The notes under the pieces: generated by a model
The model's input: the letters and a program-made list of their open reading frames with translations, nothing else
Database searches by the model: none
Told to the model about the DNA's origin: nothing
Shown: positions 62,862 through 64,000 of the stretch, piece by piece
Layout: every line of letters begins with the position of its first letter
Position numbering within the stretch: position 1 is the first letter of the stretch
Program-made: the position numbers and the translations under genes
Assembly (NCBI GenBank): GCA_965215885.1
Contig: CBDCEW010000100.1
Span: 128,001 to 192,000, forward strand
DNA from: Candidatus Moanibacter sp.
GTDB taxonomy: Bacteria > Verrucomicrobiota > Verrucomicrobiia > Opitutales > UBA2987
Length of the DNA stretch: 64,000 nucleotides
Direction: 5' to 3'

Positions 62862-63377
62862 ATGTTTGTCGTTGGCATTTCTTTCAGGCTCGTTTTTGGT
62901 ATCGGCATGAAACATTCAGTGAAGGGATATGGGTGGAAGGTGAAGCGGTTATGCGTGACGCTGGTCTTGATTACAGGTCTATTCTATTGGATTAATGCGG
63001 GGACTGGTAGGGCTACTTCGACTGATGAAATCGCACAGTCTGGAGCTAATCCCGTTCGATATGTAAAGACTGAACTCTACTACGGCGCAGGCTTGAGAGA
63101 GGGTAGAGGCGACTACGAAACTCTATGGAATGATTACCTCGACAATGACGTTACTCCCCGATTCAGAGAGGGATTGACGCTCTTGGAAGCCACCGGCCAA
63201 TGGCGGGTGAAGGAAGGCAAAAAGCCGAGGCGCAATCGCTCGAAGATCCTGATTCTGATTCACGAAGCTTCGCCGGATAGATTTGATATGATCGAGGAAG
63301 TTCGGGAGATCTGGAAGAAGAAATCAGGGCACCGATCCGTGCTTAAGGTAACAATTCCTGCTGAGGTGAGCTACTGA
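62862..63377 (+). CDS. DUF3574-like exported protein
   Basis: TELYYG, VTPRF..GLT...A.GQW and SVL motifs; the start is uncertain. Confidence 0.7.
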   Translation: MFVVGISFRLVFGIGMKHSVKGYGWKVKRLCVTLVLITGLFYWINAGTGRATSTDEIAQSGANPVRYVKTELYYGAGLREGRGDYETLWNDYLDNDVTPRFREGLTLLEATGQWRVKEGKKPRRNRSKILILIHEASPDRFDMIEEVREIWKKKSGHRSVLKVTIPAEVSY

Positions 63378-63723
63378 TTCAAGACAATGAATGCCTAGCG
63401 CAGGGTAGCCGCAATCAAATTGATCGAAAGAGAGGAACCGCAGATGAATCCCGGCAAGCCGGGACGAATGAAGAAGAATTGACCACGGATTCGAGAAAAC
63501 CGCGGATGAGGGAATAGTGATAGGAATCTTCATGTTCGAATGTCGGAAGCAATTTCGGTTTCCCTGGAAACCCTGTCGCGATCCCGCTGAGCGGGACGAT
63601 CGAACCTTGTCGATCGCAACACTTTGAATACCAGACTCTTATAAATCACCAAAAGAATCGGCGTGGTTTGCTGCAAAACGTGTTCAAAAAACTAAGTTCT
63701 GACGGATAGTGATATAAAGTATC

Positions 63724-64000
63724 ATGTCTTTGGATACGATTAGAATGCGTCCCTTCGCCGAAGCATATCCGTCATCGGTGCTGCCGCTCTACGAAACGAC
63801 TGCGGCTGGAAAGGCTCCGGATGAGGGATTTTCAATTGAAGACGTGAATTACGCCAAAGATCCTGTTGGATACCATCTCAGAGCATTTCGTGAATTCGGG
63901 CCAATCTATCGGATTCAATTTCAAAATCGAATGTGGGTTGCTATCGGGGGATTGGAGGCGAATGATTTTGCCTGGCGAAATCCGGACCTGTGGAATTATC
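63724..64000 (+). CDS. Probable cytochrome P450, N-terminal part (runs off the window)
   Basis: Open frame MSLDTIR...DPVGYHLRAFREFGPIYRI...IGGLEANDF resembles P450 N-termini. Confidence 0.5.
   Translation, partial: MSLDTIRMRPFAEAYPSSVLPLYETTAAGKAPDEGFSIEDVNYAKDPVGYHLRAFREFGPIYRIQFQNRMWVAIGGLEANDFAWRNPDLWNY

Overview
This is a bacterial window, most likely Verrucomicrobiota (Opitutae-like), inferred from protein style: TonB receptors with 'VTLSEFEV'-type N-termini, a long DksA between ileS and lspA, and the TadA N-terminus. A housekeeping block (lspA-dksA-ileS, gpmI, ffh, sod, tadA, infA, dtd, mpg) sits among catabolic accessory genes: sulfatases, dehydrogenases, TonB receptors (one under a TPP riboswitch) and PHP/DUF3604-like hydrolases. 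Mobile DNA is dense. It includes an integron integrase, two intact copies and one fragment of an IS5/IS1182-like element, a frameshifted ISL3, a ~2.95 kb two-ORF IS probably decoded by -1 frameshifting, an IS110, and several families of MITE/REP-like palindromes. Main highlights: (1) a complete IS110 whose bridge RNA target and donor guides can be read directly and point at the terminal repeat of a resident MITE, with a sigma70-like promoter formed only at the circle junction; (2) a subtilase-fold protein with Cys at the catalytic Ser position; (3) a frameshift-decoded IS inserted into another palindromic repeat; (4) a MITE that appears to supply the start codon and N-terminus of two unrelated genes; (5) a 15-16 nt hairpin repeatedly swapped into other repeats. 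All calls come from reading the sequence by eye; no searches or folding programs were run.
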